Shown in pieces: positions 48,665 to 59,875 of a DNA stretch of 64,000 nt. The notes under the pieces were generated by a model. The model was not told the DNA's origin and made no database searches. It was given only the letters and a program-made list of their open reading frames with translations. A program made the translations under genes and the position numbers. The DNA is from Carpediemonas membranifera BICM (taxonomy: Eukaryota; Protista; Fornicata): assembly GCA_019828565.1 (NCBI GenBank), contig JAHDYR010000034.1:88209-152208 (forward strand), written 5' to 3'. How positions within the stretch are numbered: position 1 is the stretch's first letter; each line of letters begins with the position of its first letter.

Positions 48665-49137
48665 CCACCCCCTCCATTAAACATCCGCGTTCGAGGGGAA
48701 CGGCCGAGGCGAGACGGACTCGCCGGCCTGGATTCATCATTAATTCTTAACTCTGGTCGAGGCGAGATAGACTCGCCGGCCCAAAGCTTTAGTCCCACAG
48801 GGACGTCTTGCGGGATTGTCCCATTTTGGTTGGATTTAAGAGGAGGGCTCTCTGTTATAGAGCCACACTTTGTGGATCCTGTCACAGGACCATCACTGGC
48901 ACCTGCGCGCGCCGATCAATGTGCACTTTAGGTCACACTTCGAAACGCATCGGCAGGTGTCGGAGCCGTTTCGGACCTGACCGGATCGCGAGACGAGGAT
49001 TTACCCGGGTCTGTCATAAGAGCTCGGGGAAGCCACCCGAAGTAAATACTCGCCCCCCCCATTTTGGTTGGATTTAAGAGGAGGGCTCTCTGTTATAGAG
49101 CCACACTTTGTGGAGTTGGTATCGGAGGCAATAAAAC

Positions 49138-49210
49138 TCCGATCAGCCGGATTTGAACCAGCGACCCCAGGATCTACAGTCCCATGCTCTGCCAACTGAG
49201 CTATGATCGG
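49138..49210 (-). tRNA. tRNA-Tyr(GTA), intronless, no encoded CCA
   Basis: CCGATCA/TGATCGG acceptor stem, TAGCTCAGTTGG A-box, anticodon loop CTGTAGA, GGTTCAAATCC B-box, TTTT terminator at 49133-49136. Confidence 0.97.
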
Positions 49211-49483
49211 ATGCATACCGTCGTAGACGCGATGCGTAAGTACGCCTCGGGGCGTGGTACAGGCCCAGATGGACTACCGGCCATCTGGTACAAATATTCG
49301 AGAGAGATCGAATATTGACCAAATATTCGAATCAAATCTACGGTCCAGTTCAGACCAATTTTACCAAGGGGTTAAAACCCCATTCCCCGGTAGTTCCGAG
49401 AAGATGGGCGACGCACAGCCCCCCGTGACACTGGAGAGCCTGGAGGTCAGAGCATGTTTCCCATCAATCTCGGGTATAAATAA

Positions 49484-51076
49484 ATGGGATTGACCGAGAT
49501 AGCGAATGCACTGACCAAGGGGGCGTGGCTCGCCAGCGTGGACCTGAAGAGCGGATATTACCAAGTCCTGGTCGAACAGACGGGTCGGAAATGGCTAGGC
49601 TTCCAGCACGAAGGGAACACGTACCGCTGGAACGCGCTTCCTTTCGGCCTCAACACGGCCCCGGAAGCATTTCAATCGATCACGGCGCAGGCGGCGAAGA
49701 TCATCCGCCGAGAGCTCTCTCTCACAGTGTTCGTCTACCTAGACGACCTGTTGTTCGCCGACCCATCACAGCAAGAGCTAGCACGAAAGATGCCCGAAGT
49801 CCTGAAGATAATGGAGCGGCTAGGAATGATAATCTCGAGAAACAAGTGCGTTCTTACACCGACACGACGAATCGAGTACCTGGGAATAGTTATCGATACG
49901 CGCAAGAACACAATGTCTCTTCCGAACGACAAGCGCGTGGAGCTGAGAAGAATGATCGATCAGGTGCTCAAAGAACGAAGAACAACGAAGATAGAACTCC
50001 AGCGACTCATTGGCAAACTCCTTTTCGCCAGATTCGCAGTAGGAGCAAGAACGCTTCCTCGACTGAGAGAACTCCAGTTAATGGTGACTGCGCCGAGTCA
50101 GCGATTTACGAGAGCCTCCATGCCCCGAGACGCCCGCACAGACCTCAGATGGTGGGCGCGTGTGATCGCGACAGACCCGCAGTACGCAATGCAGGGGTCA
50201 CCGCGACCGGAGATCAGGGTCGAGACAGACGCCTCGGACGTAGCCTACGGCGCGACAATATGGACAGACAGCGAGAGGATGGAGATCCAGGGCCGGTTCA
50301 AGCAGTCATGCATACACAAGTCGATCAACTGCAAAGAGACGAGGGCCATAACCACGGCGCTGCGACACTGGGCACATGTGATCCGAGACAGAGATGTCCT
50401 GATCGCGGGAGACAACACCTCGTCACTCGCGTGGGTTGCGAAGAGTTCGACGAAGGCCCCAGCCCACATTCGCCGGGAGATCGCCGACCTACACGACTTC
50501 CTGCATGCCAACGGTTGCCGCTTGAGAGTCAAACATATCGCAGGTGTATTCAACACAACGGCCGATGCTCTGTCGAGGTACAAGAAGCTCGATTGGGCCA
50601 TGCCAGCGGCCCTGCTGGCAGCTGCGATAGAGAGGTGGGGAGCAGTGGACCGAGCGCTGTTCGCGGCCGAAAGGTTCTTACCCCAGGACTACGACTACTG
50701 CAGAGACGCGTTCACAGCGAACTGGACAGAGTGCCGGTCAGTGGCGGTCCCCCCGGTGGCCATGCTCGACCGAGTGGCCGAACGACTGGAGGCAATCGTA
50801 GACCAACGAGAAGAGAGACATCCCAGTCAACAACAGTCAGGAATCCTAGTTATCGCCCCAGTCAGGCAGACGAACATCGACTTGCGCCTTATCCGAGTCG
50901 CACAGGAGACAGTCAACGCATCGCTACCAGCCCACTGGTGGGCAGACACGGAGTTGGCGGTACTGTTCGAGGGCAAGACACACATTCCCTTCAGGGCGTA
51001 CTGGGTCCCGGTGATGACGTCAGCCTCGGAATCTTCCTATCAGCATCAGCAGTGCAAGCGCGACACCGAGCACTAA
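49484..51076 (+). CDS. Y6a N-truncated RT-RNase H-DNA adenine methyltransferase-like domain
   Basis: VDLKSGYYQ, LPFGL, YLDD, ETDASD..KE..GDN..ADALSR, WGAVDRALFA..DAF..W..VPP. Confidence 0.9.
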   Translation: MGLTEIANALTKGAWLASVDLKSGYYQVLVEQTGRKWLGFQHEGNTYRWNALPFGLNTAPEAFQSITAQAAKIIRRELSLTVFVYLDDLLFADPSQQELARKMPEVLKIMERLGMIISRNKCVLTPTRRIEYLGIVIDTRKNTMSLPNDKRVELRRMIDQVLKERRTTKIELQRLIGKLLFARFAVGARTLPRLRELQLMVTAPSQRFTRASMPRDARTDLRWWARVIATDPQYAMQGSPRPEIRVETDASDVAYGATIWTDSERMEIQGRFKQSCIHKSINCKETRAITTALRHWAHVIRDRDVLIAGDNTSSLAWVAKSSTKAPAHIRREIADLHDFLHANGCRLRVKHIAGVFNTTADALSRYKKLDWAMPAALLAAAIERWGAVDRALFAAERFLPQDYDYCRDAFTANWTECRSVAVPPVAMLDRVAERLEAIVDQREERHPSQQQSGILVIAPVRQTNIDLRLIRVAQETVNASLPAHWWADTELAVLFEGKTHIPFRAYWVPVMTSASESSYQHQQCKRDTEH

Positions 51077-52216
51077 GAGCCGCAGGCGTGACACCCGACA
51101 GAACCAGAACGCAGATAATATGGTCCCGGGCTAGCCGTCCTAAGAACGAGGACGTCGAGAGAAAGGTCGCGTCCAGCCCGCTCCTGCTCCGCCTCGAGAA
51201 GGTGACGCGTGATCGAATTGCAACAGAGACCGCAAAGTTCACATTCTTCCGCAACATGACCAGAGAACCAGATGACTCGGACTTCGAGGCCTACCTCGGA
51301 CAAAATGACGACCCGGCACCAACCCCACGGGAAGCTGCATGGGAGATCGTACGACAAGCCCACGAGAAAATCCATGACCAGAAGTGGGTGCAAGAGTTCG
51401 AGGAGGTGGCAATCGCGGGGGATGATGACGACACACTGCTATGGTTCATTATAGGGGAGGTGCCCTTCCTCGCCAAAGACTCACTGCTAACGAAGGAGGC
51501 AAACATCAGAGATGGAATGACCGCATTGGGCGAACCCATAGAATGCCCACCACTCCACCGGGCCCTGATCAAGGCTTGTGGCAGATTGGCTGGAAGGTGC
51601 CCAACGTCAAGCCAGCGTCGAACAGGGAAAGCATGGCCAATAGCCAGGGAGACCCTGTCACAGGCTGCGGTGCAAGCAGGCAAGAGCGTCACACCAGCAT
51701 TGACTCAAGCAATAGCTTTCGGGCTGGTCGGGTTCGCGACAATATCTCGGTCGGGGGGAGATACGGGGGCTCTCAACATCAGACGTCGAACGACACGGCA
51801 GGGACATCACCATCACCATACGACGCTCCAAGACATCGGATGAACCCATGCTAAAGCTGGTCCCTAACGTCCCCGGAGACGACAACCCGGCAGACTGGCT
51901 TGCGAGACATATGGAAAACCTCCCAGATGAAGGACCCCTGTGGCGCTCATTCGAGGCCAGGGACGCGCTGATCAAGGACAACAGGTCCTCCCTGATGAAC
52001 AGAGACCACCCTTGGAGAAGATGGGAGATGTCCATGGACCTAGAGGAGGTGCTGCGCGCGTCGGGCCACTCATTCCGGAGAGGAGGCGCAGTCCACATGA
52101 TGAAGCTAGGTGTAGCCCCAGCAGTGATCCAAGCAATCGGGGGCTGGAAACAGCTCGACTCGATGCAGACCTACGTCAGTGAAGCCGTGCGCCTCTCCAC
52201 GAGCGCTTGGGTGTAG
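51000..52216 (+). CDS. Y6a tyrosine recombinase (1-bp frameshift in the G run at ~51755)
   Basis: SRSG, RSKT, HSFRRG, GGW, QTY; the homologous region is intact in copy b. Confidence 0.85.
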
Positions 52217-52890
52217 AAGGACGAGAAAGACGGATAATACATAGAATATGATTGCATAAGGCCCCATTAGACTGTACAATAGGCCATGTAAGAGTTAAAG
52301 ATATGATAGAGAGCAGAAGAGAAGGCGGGAGAAAGGAGAAACCGCAGCAGATTGTCACTAATGGTTAATAAGATCGATATATCGAAGACTATCGAAGAAT
52401 TGGCCGGAGAGAGTGAGAAAATGCCGGCGAATGGAAATGGCCAAAACCGCGCACAAAGAATGACTATCAGGCTGTGAAAATATGTGCCTGAGAGATGGGC
52501 ATCAATGGCATGCTTGGAGGCACAGGAGACCAGAGAAATAATTTCTGAAGAGAAAATTTTTATTATATGATGGCGGGATACATCAATTGGAGACTTCGAC
52601 CGTAGTCGACTGCAAGTCGGCATACCGTCGTAGACGCGATGCGTAAGTACGCCTCGGGGCGTGGTACAGGCCCAGATGGACTACCGGCCATCTGGTACAA
52701 ATATTCGAGAGAGATCGAATATTGACCAAATATTCGAATCAAATCTACGGTCCAGTTCAGACCAATTTTACCAAGGGGTTAAAACCCCATTCCCCGGTAG
52801 TTCCGAGAAGATGGGCGACGCACAGCCCCCCGTGACACTGGAGAGCCTGGAGGTCAGAGCATGTTTCCCATCAATCTCGGGTATAAATAA

Positions 52891-54481
52891 ATGGGATTGA
52901 CCGAGATAGCGAATGCACTGACCAAGGGGGCGTGGCTCGCCAGCGTGGACCTGAAGAGCGGATATTACCAAGTCCTGGTCGAACAGACGGGTCGGAAATG
53001 GCTAGGCTTCCAGCACGAAGGGAACACGTACCGCTGGAACGCGCTTCCTTTCGGCCTCAACACGGCCCCGGAAGCATTTCAATCGATCACGGCGCAGGCG
53101 GCGAAGATCATCCGCCGAGAGCTCTCTCACAGTGTTCGTCTACCTAGACGACCTGTTGTTCGCCGACCCATCACAGCAAGAGCTAGCACGAAAGATGCCC
53201 GAAGTCCTGAAGATAATGGAGCGGCTAGGAATGATAATCTCGAGAAACAAGTGCGTTCTTACACCGACACGACGAATCGAGTACCTGGGAATAGTTATCG
53301 ATACGCGCAAGAACACAATGTCTCTTCCGAACGACAAGCGCGTGGAGCTGAGAAGAATGATCGATCAGGTGCTCAAAGAACGAAGAACAACGAAGATAGA
53401 ACTCCAGCGACTCATTGGCAAACTCCTTTTCGCCAGATTCGCAGTAGGAGCAAGAACGCTTCCTCGACTGAGAGAACTCCAGTTAATGGTGACTGCGCCG
53501 AGTCAGCGATTTACGAGAGCCTCCATGCCCCGAGACGCCCGCACAGACCTCAGATGGTGGGCGCGTGTGATCGCGACAGACCCGCAGTACGCAATGCAGG
53601 GGTCACCGCGACCGGAGATCAGGGTCGAGACAGACGCCTCGGACGTAGCCTACGGCGCGACAATATGGACAGACAGCGAGAGGATGGAGATCCAGGGCCG
53701 GTTCAAGCAGTCATGCATACACAAGTCGATCAACTGCAAAGAGACGAGGGCCATAACCACGGCGCTGCGACACTGGGCACATGTGATCCGAGACAGAGAT
53801 GTCCTGATCGCGGGAGACAACACCTCGTCACTCGCGTGGGTTGCGAAGAGTTCGACGAAGGCCCCAGCCCACATTCGCCGGGGAGATCGCCGACCTACAC
53901 GACTTCCTGCATGCCAACGGTTGCCGCTTGAGAGTCAAACATATCGCAGGTGTATTCAACACAACGGCCGATGCTCTGTCGAGGTACAAGAAGCTCGATT
54001 GGGCCATGCCAGCAGCCCTGCTGGCAGCTGCGATAGAGAGGTGGGGAGCAGTGGACCGAGCGCTGTTCGCGGCCGAAAGGTTCTTACCCCAGGACTACGA
54101 CTACTGCAGAGACGCGTTCACAGCGAACTGGACAGAGTGCCGGTCAGTGGCGGTCCCCCGGTGGCCATGCTCGACCGAGTGGCCGAACGACTGGAGGCAA
54201 TCGTAGACCAACGAGAAGAGAGACATCCCAGTCAACAACAGTCAGGAATCCTAGTTATCGCCCCAGTCAGGCAGACGAACATCGACTTGCGCCTTATCCG
54301 AGTCGCACAGGAGACAGTCAACGCATCGCTACCAGCCCACTGGTGGGCAGACACGGAGTTGGCGGTACTGTTCGAGGGCAAGACACACATTCCCTTCAGG
54401 GCGTACTGGGTCCCGGTGATGACGTCAGCCTCGGAATCTTCCTATCAGCATCAGCAGTGCAAGCGCGACACCGAGCACTAA
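52891..54481 (+). pseudogene. Y6b RT-RNase H-MT (three small indels)
   Basis: Same sequence as Y6a apart from indels at ~53125, ~53881 and ~54155 and one substitution. Confidence 0.85.
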
Positions 54482-55620
54482 GAGCCGCAGGCGTGACACC
54501 CGACAGAACCAGAACGCAGATAATATGGTCCCGGGCTAGCCGTCCTAAGAACGAGGACGTCGAGAGAAAGGTCGCGTCCAGCCCGCTCCTGCTCCGCCTC
54601 GAGAAGGTGACGCGTGATCGAATTGCAACAGAGACCGCAAAGTTCACATTCTTCCGCAACATGACCAGAGAACCAGATGACTCGGACTTCGAGGCCTACC
54701 TCGGACAAAATGACGACCCGGCACCAACCCCACGGGAAGCTGCATGGGAGATCGTACGACAAGCCCACGAGAAAATCCATGACCAGAAGTGGGTGCAAGA
54801 GTTCGAGGAGGTGGCAATCGCGGGGGATGATGACGACACACTGCTATGGTTCATTATAGGGGAGGTGCCCTTCCTCGCCAAAGACTCACTGCTAACGAAG
54901 GAGGCAAACATCAGAGATGGAATGACCGCATTGGGCGAACCCATAGAATGCCCACCACTCCACCGGGCCCTGATCAAGGCTTGTGGCAGATTGGCTGGAA
55001 GGTGCCCAACGTCAAGCCAGCGTCGAACAGGGAAAGCATGGCCAATAGCCAGGGAGACCCTGTCACAGGCTGCGGTGCAAGCAGGCAAGAGCGTCACACC
55101 AGCATTGACTCAAGCAATAGCTTTCGGGCTGGTCGGGTTCGCGACAATATCTCGGTCGGGGGAGATACGGGGGCTCTCAACATCAGACGTCGAACGACAC
55201 GGCAGGGACATCACCATCACCATACGACGCTCCAAGACATCGGATGAACCCATGCTAAAGCTGGTCCCTAACGTCCCCGGAGACGACAACCCGGCAGACT
55301 GGCTTGCGAGACATATGGAAAACCTCCCAGATGAAGGACCCCTGTGGCGCTCATTCGAGGCCAGGGACGCGCTGATCAAGGACAACAGGTCCTCCCTGAT
55401 GAACAGAGACCACCCTTGGAGAAGATGGGAGATGTCCATGGACCTAGAGGAGGTGCTGCGCGCGTCGGGCCACTCATTCCGGAGAGGAGGCGCAGTCCAC
55501 ATGATGAAGCTAGGTGTAGCCCCAGCAGTGATCCAAGCAATCGGGGGCTGGAAACAGCTCGACTCGATGCAGACCTACGTCAGTGAAGCCGTGCGCCTCT
55601 CCACGAGCGCTTGGGTGTAG
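54343..55620 (+). CDS. Y6b tyrosine recombinase
   Basis: SRSGE, RSKT, HSFRRG, GGW, QTY. Confidence 0.9.
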   Translation: MGRHGVGGTVRGQDTHSLQGVLGPGDDVSLGIFLSASAVQARHRALRAAGVTPDRTRTQIIWSRASRPKNEDVERKVASSPLLLRLEKVTRDRIATETAKFTFFRNMTREPDDSDFEAYLGQNDDPAPTPREAAWEIVRQAHEKIHDQKWVQEFEEVAIAGDDDDTLLWFIIGEVPFLAKDSLLTKEANIRDGMTALGEPIECPPLHRALIKACGRLAGRCPTSSQRRTGKAWPIARETLSQAAVQAGKSVTPALTQAIAFGLVGFATISRSGEIRGLSTSDVERHGRDITITIRRSKTSDEPMLKLVPNVPGDDNPADWLARHMENLPDEGPLWRSFEARDALIKDNRSSLMNRDHPWRRWEMSMDLEEVLRASGHSFRRGGAVHMMKLGVAPAVIQAIGGWKQLDSMQTYVSEAVRLSTSAWV

Positions 55621-56462
55621 AAGGACGAGAAAGACGGATAATACATAGAATATGATTGCATAAGGCCCCATTAGACTGTACAATAGGCCATGTAAGAGTT
55701 AAAGATATGATAGAGAGCAGAAGAGAAGGCGGGAGAAAGGAGAAACCGCAGCAGATTGTCACTAATGGTTAATAAGATCGATATATCGAAGACTATCGAA
55801 GAATTGGCCGGAGAGAGTGAGAAAAATGCCGGCGAATGGAAATGGCCAAAACCGCGCACAAAGAATGACTATCAGGCTGTGAAAATATGTGCCTGAGAGA
55901 TGGGCATCAATGGCATGCTTGGAGGCACAGGAGACCAGAGAAATAATTTCTGAAGAGAAAATTTTTATTATATGATGGCGGGATACATCAATTGGAGACT
56001 TCGACCGTAGTCGACTGCAAGTCGGCATACCGTCGTAGACGCGATGCGTAAGTACGCCTCGGGGCGTGGTACAGGCCCAGATGGACTACCGGCCATCTGG
56101 TACAAATATTCGAGAGAGATCGAATATTGACCAAATATTCGAATCAAATCTACGGTCCAGTTCAGACCAATTTTACCAAGGGGTTAAAACCCCATTCCCC
56201 GGTAGTTCCGAGAAGATGGGCGACGCACAGCCCCCCGTGACACTGGAGAGCCTGGAGGTCAGAGCATGTTTCCCATCAATCTCGGGTATAAATTTGATCT
56301 AATCAATTGGAGACTTCGACCGTAGTCGACTGCAAGTCGGTGGCAAGGCCAGCGGAGCCAAAACTTCGGCGCGAGAGGTCGAGGATGATTCGATACGATC
56401 TCAAAGACGGGATCGTGCGTCTCATAAGGGCGGTTCAGTTGTTCAAGAGCGAACTGAAACAG

Positions 56463-56960
56463 ATGGGAGACGCCGCCCAAGAGATCGCAGAGCTCAAAGC
56501 CACCGTTCAACAGCTTCAAGACGCATTTACTGCCGGCGGCAACGTCCGAGAGACAGTAGATCTGCTTCGGCAAGAGACCACCATGACTTGGAAGCGTCCT
56601 GCTTCATCCACTATGCGCGAAGAGGCGGAGTTTCTCGAGGAGATCTACCGCAGCTTCAAGTTCAATCGAATCAGTGGCTTCGCCGTACTCGCTCGCATCT
56701 TCCTCCGTCACCGAGTCCTATGGGTGAAGGACCGCTACGGCTACCTAGCCGCCTCTGCTGTCTCCACCGCGGGCATGGCCGCCCTTGCCGAGCGCCACGA
56801 GATGAACGAGACGGAGATCGAGACTCTCGTCCTCCGCACCCTGTCCAAGATCCCCCGCCTGACCGAGAAGAACACCAAGCCCGGCACCGGACATGACGGC
56901 GGCAACCGGGGTTTTCACGGGAAGAAGCCGAAGCGCGCCGGCACGAAGAACTCAAACTAA
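56463..56960 (+). CDS. Y7 gag-like ORF1
   Basis: W.RP.SS.MREEA..RH..L..KDRYGY pattern shared with the Y8 ORF1. Confidence 0.8.
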   Translation: MGDAAQEIAELKATVQQLQDAFTAGGNVRETVDLLRQETTMTWKRPASSTMREEAEFLEEIYRSFKFNRISGFAVLARIFLRHRVLWVKDRYGYLAASAVSTAGMAALAERHEMNETEIETLVLRTLSKIPRLTEKNTKPGTGHDGGNRGFHGKKPKRAGTKNSN

Positions 56961-57116
56961 GCCAAAAGAAACCACCCATCAAGGATCCTCGCCCCGGTCC
57001 ACAGGTCCTAACTCCTCATCCAACCACAAATCCCACTACTCCTCAATCTCCTCCCCTGTCACCGACGCCTCCTCCTCCCCCGTCCACAGCACCTCCTCCC
57101 CCGTCAGTTCCACCAT

Positions 57117-58980
57117 TTCCCTGCATCAACAGGCAGTGGCGCCTATGGAGGCACTTGGGCGCGCCATCAGAGGTGGTTACGTGGCTACGAGAGGGCGTCC
57201 CGATATCCCTAAGAGCGCACCCTCGTCATCCGCGCCTACCACCAACTCGCGCCAAGGACCGCAAGGCATTCCGCGACCACCTGAAAACCCTCCTGAGCCT
57301 GGGCGCGGCAAGCCCATGCCGGTCTCCCAGCTTGATCTCACCTATCTTCACTGTGCCGAAGACGCCACCAGAGACGCGTCTGATCCACGACCTAAGGGCA
57401 TTGAACGCAGTGTCAACGGAACATCGAACCTTTCGGCTGAAGGGAGTCAAGCAAGCGATGGCCCAGCTTCGCGAAGGAGACTACATGGCACGCTTGGACC
57501 TAGTCAAGGGCTACTACCAGTTAGGGGTCAGGGCCTCGGACAGCCCGCTGCTGGGTTTCGTGGTCGACGGGAGACCCTATGCCTTCAACGTCCTACCCTT
57601 CGGCTGGGGCCCAGCGCCATTCTTCTTCCAAAGGGTGATGCTGACAGCAGCGCAGATCGTAGCACGGATGTTCCCAGGCATCAACTTGACCATCTATCTC
57701 GACGACTGGCTCCTGTCCGGGGACAAGAAGACACTGACCGCTGCGATGCCCAGCATACTACAGCTCCTAGAGAACCTCGGCCTGGTCATCAACAGGAAGA
57801 AATCGCAGCTCTCACCCACGCAGCAGACCGACTTCCTTGGCTTCGTTATGGACTCTGGCCGGCGGGGGATCGCTCTGCAGGACAGCAAGCGGCAGAAGTA
57901 CCTCTCACGAGTCAGGGAGGCCTTGGCATCGGGGGCCACGACACACAGCATGCAGCGGTTGTTGGGCAATCTCGGCTTTGCAGCCATCATTTGGCCGGAG
58001 GGCCGAGCCGCTATCAGACCCCTCCAGAGAGCCCAACTGAAGGACCGCTACCGCACACTCATATCCGGCGAAGCGAGAGAAGCACTGATCCAATGGGAGC
58101 GCCGCTTATCACGGCATCTCCGATAAGGTCCTTCCAAGAGCTGCTTCACCTGTGGGGTCTGTCTCCGACGCTCCACATCACAGCGATGACAGACGCCTCT
58201 CACTCAGGACTCGGCGGAGTGATCACAATCCCGGGCCGTCAACCCTTCACCTTCACCAGGCCGGCCCCGGTGGACGAGCACATCACATTGCTCGAGTTCC
58301 GAGCAGTGGAACAAGCAGTGAGACTGATCCTAGCAGAGCCGTTGACAGACGCGGAGGTCACCATCTACTCCGACTCGGTGGCAGCAGTCAGCTGGTGGAA
58401 CAAGCAAGGCTCAACCAAGGCTCCGCAGTTTGTAGACTCAGTCATACGGGACCTGCTACCCACACTGAGCGAAAGGGCCATCAGGATAAGGCTCCTTCAC
58501 GTCTCTGGTCACTTGAACGTCCAAGCCGACGCATTGTCGAGGTCCGAAACGCTCTCAGCGCCTCGTCGGATCATCGACAGGATCACAGCCGAGTGGGGTC
58601 CCATGCAGAAAGAGATCTGGCCCTCCGAGTGGCTTGGAGCTCGAGTAGAACACAGCCCGTCGACGGTCGACGACAGCAGGTTCATAGACATGGACTGGTC
58701 GACAGGAAGGTGGCTAGCAGTGACACCCTTCGCGCTCCTATCAGCAGTATATGCAAAGCTGTGCCACCTCCACATTGCAAGGACCACACAGCCGAGATCC
58801 CTACCAAGTGCCCTCGTCCTGCTAGTGTCCGACTGCAGATCGCCGACGGCAGTTGCGCTGAGAGAGCTGACTCCGCACCGCATGTTCTTCAGAGTCAAAG
58901 CGGAGGACGCGGACCTATCAGCGATCACCCCCTGCAGGCGGACGGCACATACCGATTGGCGGCCCTGTTTGTGGGAGTGA
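57117..58980 (+). CDS. Y7 RT-RNase H-MT remnant (frameshift at ~58120; no ATG at the RT start)
   Basis: LDLVKGYYQ, LPFGW, YLDD; MTDAS..LE..SDS..ADALSR in the next frame. Confidence 0.88.
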
Positions 58981-59008
58981 CATCTTCACCATCTCCCTCG
59001 AGGGTGAC

Positions 59009-59875
59009 ATGTTAAGTGGATTCGTAGACAAGCGCCACGTCGCGGGTGTGCTCCAACAGTTCTCGGGTTTCTGGGGTGCCCTTCCACCTGACACTAGCAG
59101 CATCGAAGTCATAAGAGCATGGGCCAAGGACCAAGCCTCGAGGGTCACCAAGGATACAATCACCTCGAAGTGGAGCCTAATCCGTCGCTTCTTCGGCCGG
59201 GTGTCATCATGGGAACCACCGCTGGACGCCGACGCAGTCATCAAAGAGCAGGCAAGGAACGCTCTTGGGAAGCTTAGAGGGCCTGCTCTCCCGATTCGCG
59301 CGCACACTCTGGTTGACAGGCTTCGGGCTGCCCACCCTCAGTCTCGAGACGACGACCTTTGGAAGGAGGCTTTCGCCTTTGCACTGACCACCTACGCCAC
59401 GACCTCCAGGCCAGGAGAGATCTATGCCCTGCATGTTGGTGACGTTAGAGCGGAGAGCGCGCGCCGCGGGCTACGAATCTCCATCCACGGCACTAAGACC
59501 CGGCGAGTGGTCGTTGAGAAGCTCGTCCCGAGAGTCGACGGGGAGCTAGACCCGGCTCACTGGCTATCTGAGGTCCTAGTCAATAGGATAGATGCAGGCG
59601 CGGTGGCCGAAGACCCTCTCTGGTCGCACCCCTACTCAGTCATTGAGGACCAGGTGAAGGGCATCATCTCCACGCAGGCTCGGCTGCACGGTCTGCGCCG
59701 CGGGAGCGCGGCTGACCTGGTTCTGATGGGTATCCCTATCCCGGTTGTTGCGGCGAAGGGCACATGGGCTGACCAGAACTCATTGATCCGTTATGTGGAA
59801 GACGTGCTTCGCCTGGACTACAGCACGTCCGTAGCCCCGTTCAGAGCCTTATTAGAGAAGGATAAGAAGAGATAA
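59009..59875 (+). CDS. Y7 tyrosine recombinase
   Basis: SRPGE, GTKT, HGLRRG, GTW, IRY. Confidence 0.9.
   Translation: MLSGFVDKRHVAGVLQQFSGFWGALPPDTSSIEVIRAWAKDQASRVTKDTITSKWSLIRRFFGRVSSWEPPLDADAVIKEQARNALGKLRGPALPIRAHTLVDRLRAAHPQSRDDDLWKEAFAFALTTYATTSRPGEIYALHVGDVRAESARRGLRISIHGTKTRRVVVEKLVPRVDGELDPAHWLSEVLVNRIDAGAVAEDPLWSHPYSVIEDQVKGIISTQARLHGLRRGSAADLVLMGIPIPVVAAKGTWADQNSLIRYVEDVLRLDYSTSVAPFRALLEKDKKR

Larger units (their letters stand above)
45487..49114 (+). mobile_element. YR retrotransposon Y5 with complete split direct repeats
   Basis: A1 45487-45567 = A2 48877-48957; B1 48820-48876 = B2 49058-49114. Confidence 0.95.
49213..56340 (+). mobile_element. YR retrotransposon Y6: tandem dimer (49213-52620, 52621-56025) plus terminal A-spacer-B; gag and RT N-terminus deleted
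   Basis: Near-identical ~3.4-kb units. B repeat x3 (52582-52620, 55987-56025, 56302-56340); A-plus-spacer repeat x3 (49214, 52621, 56026). Confidence 0.92.
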
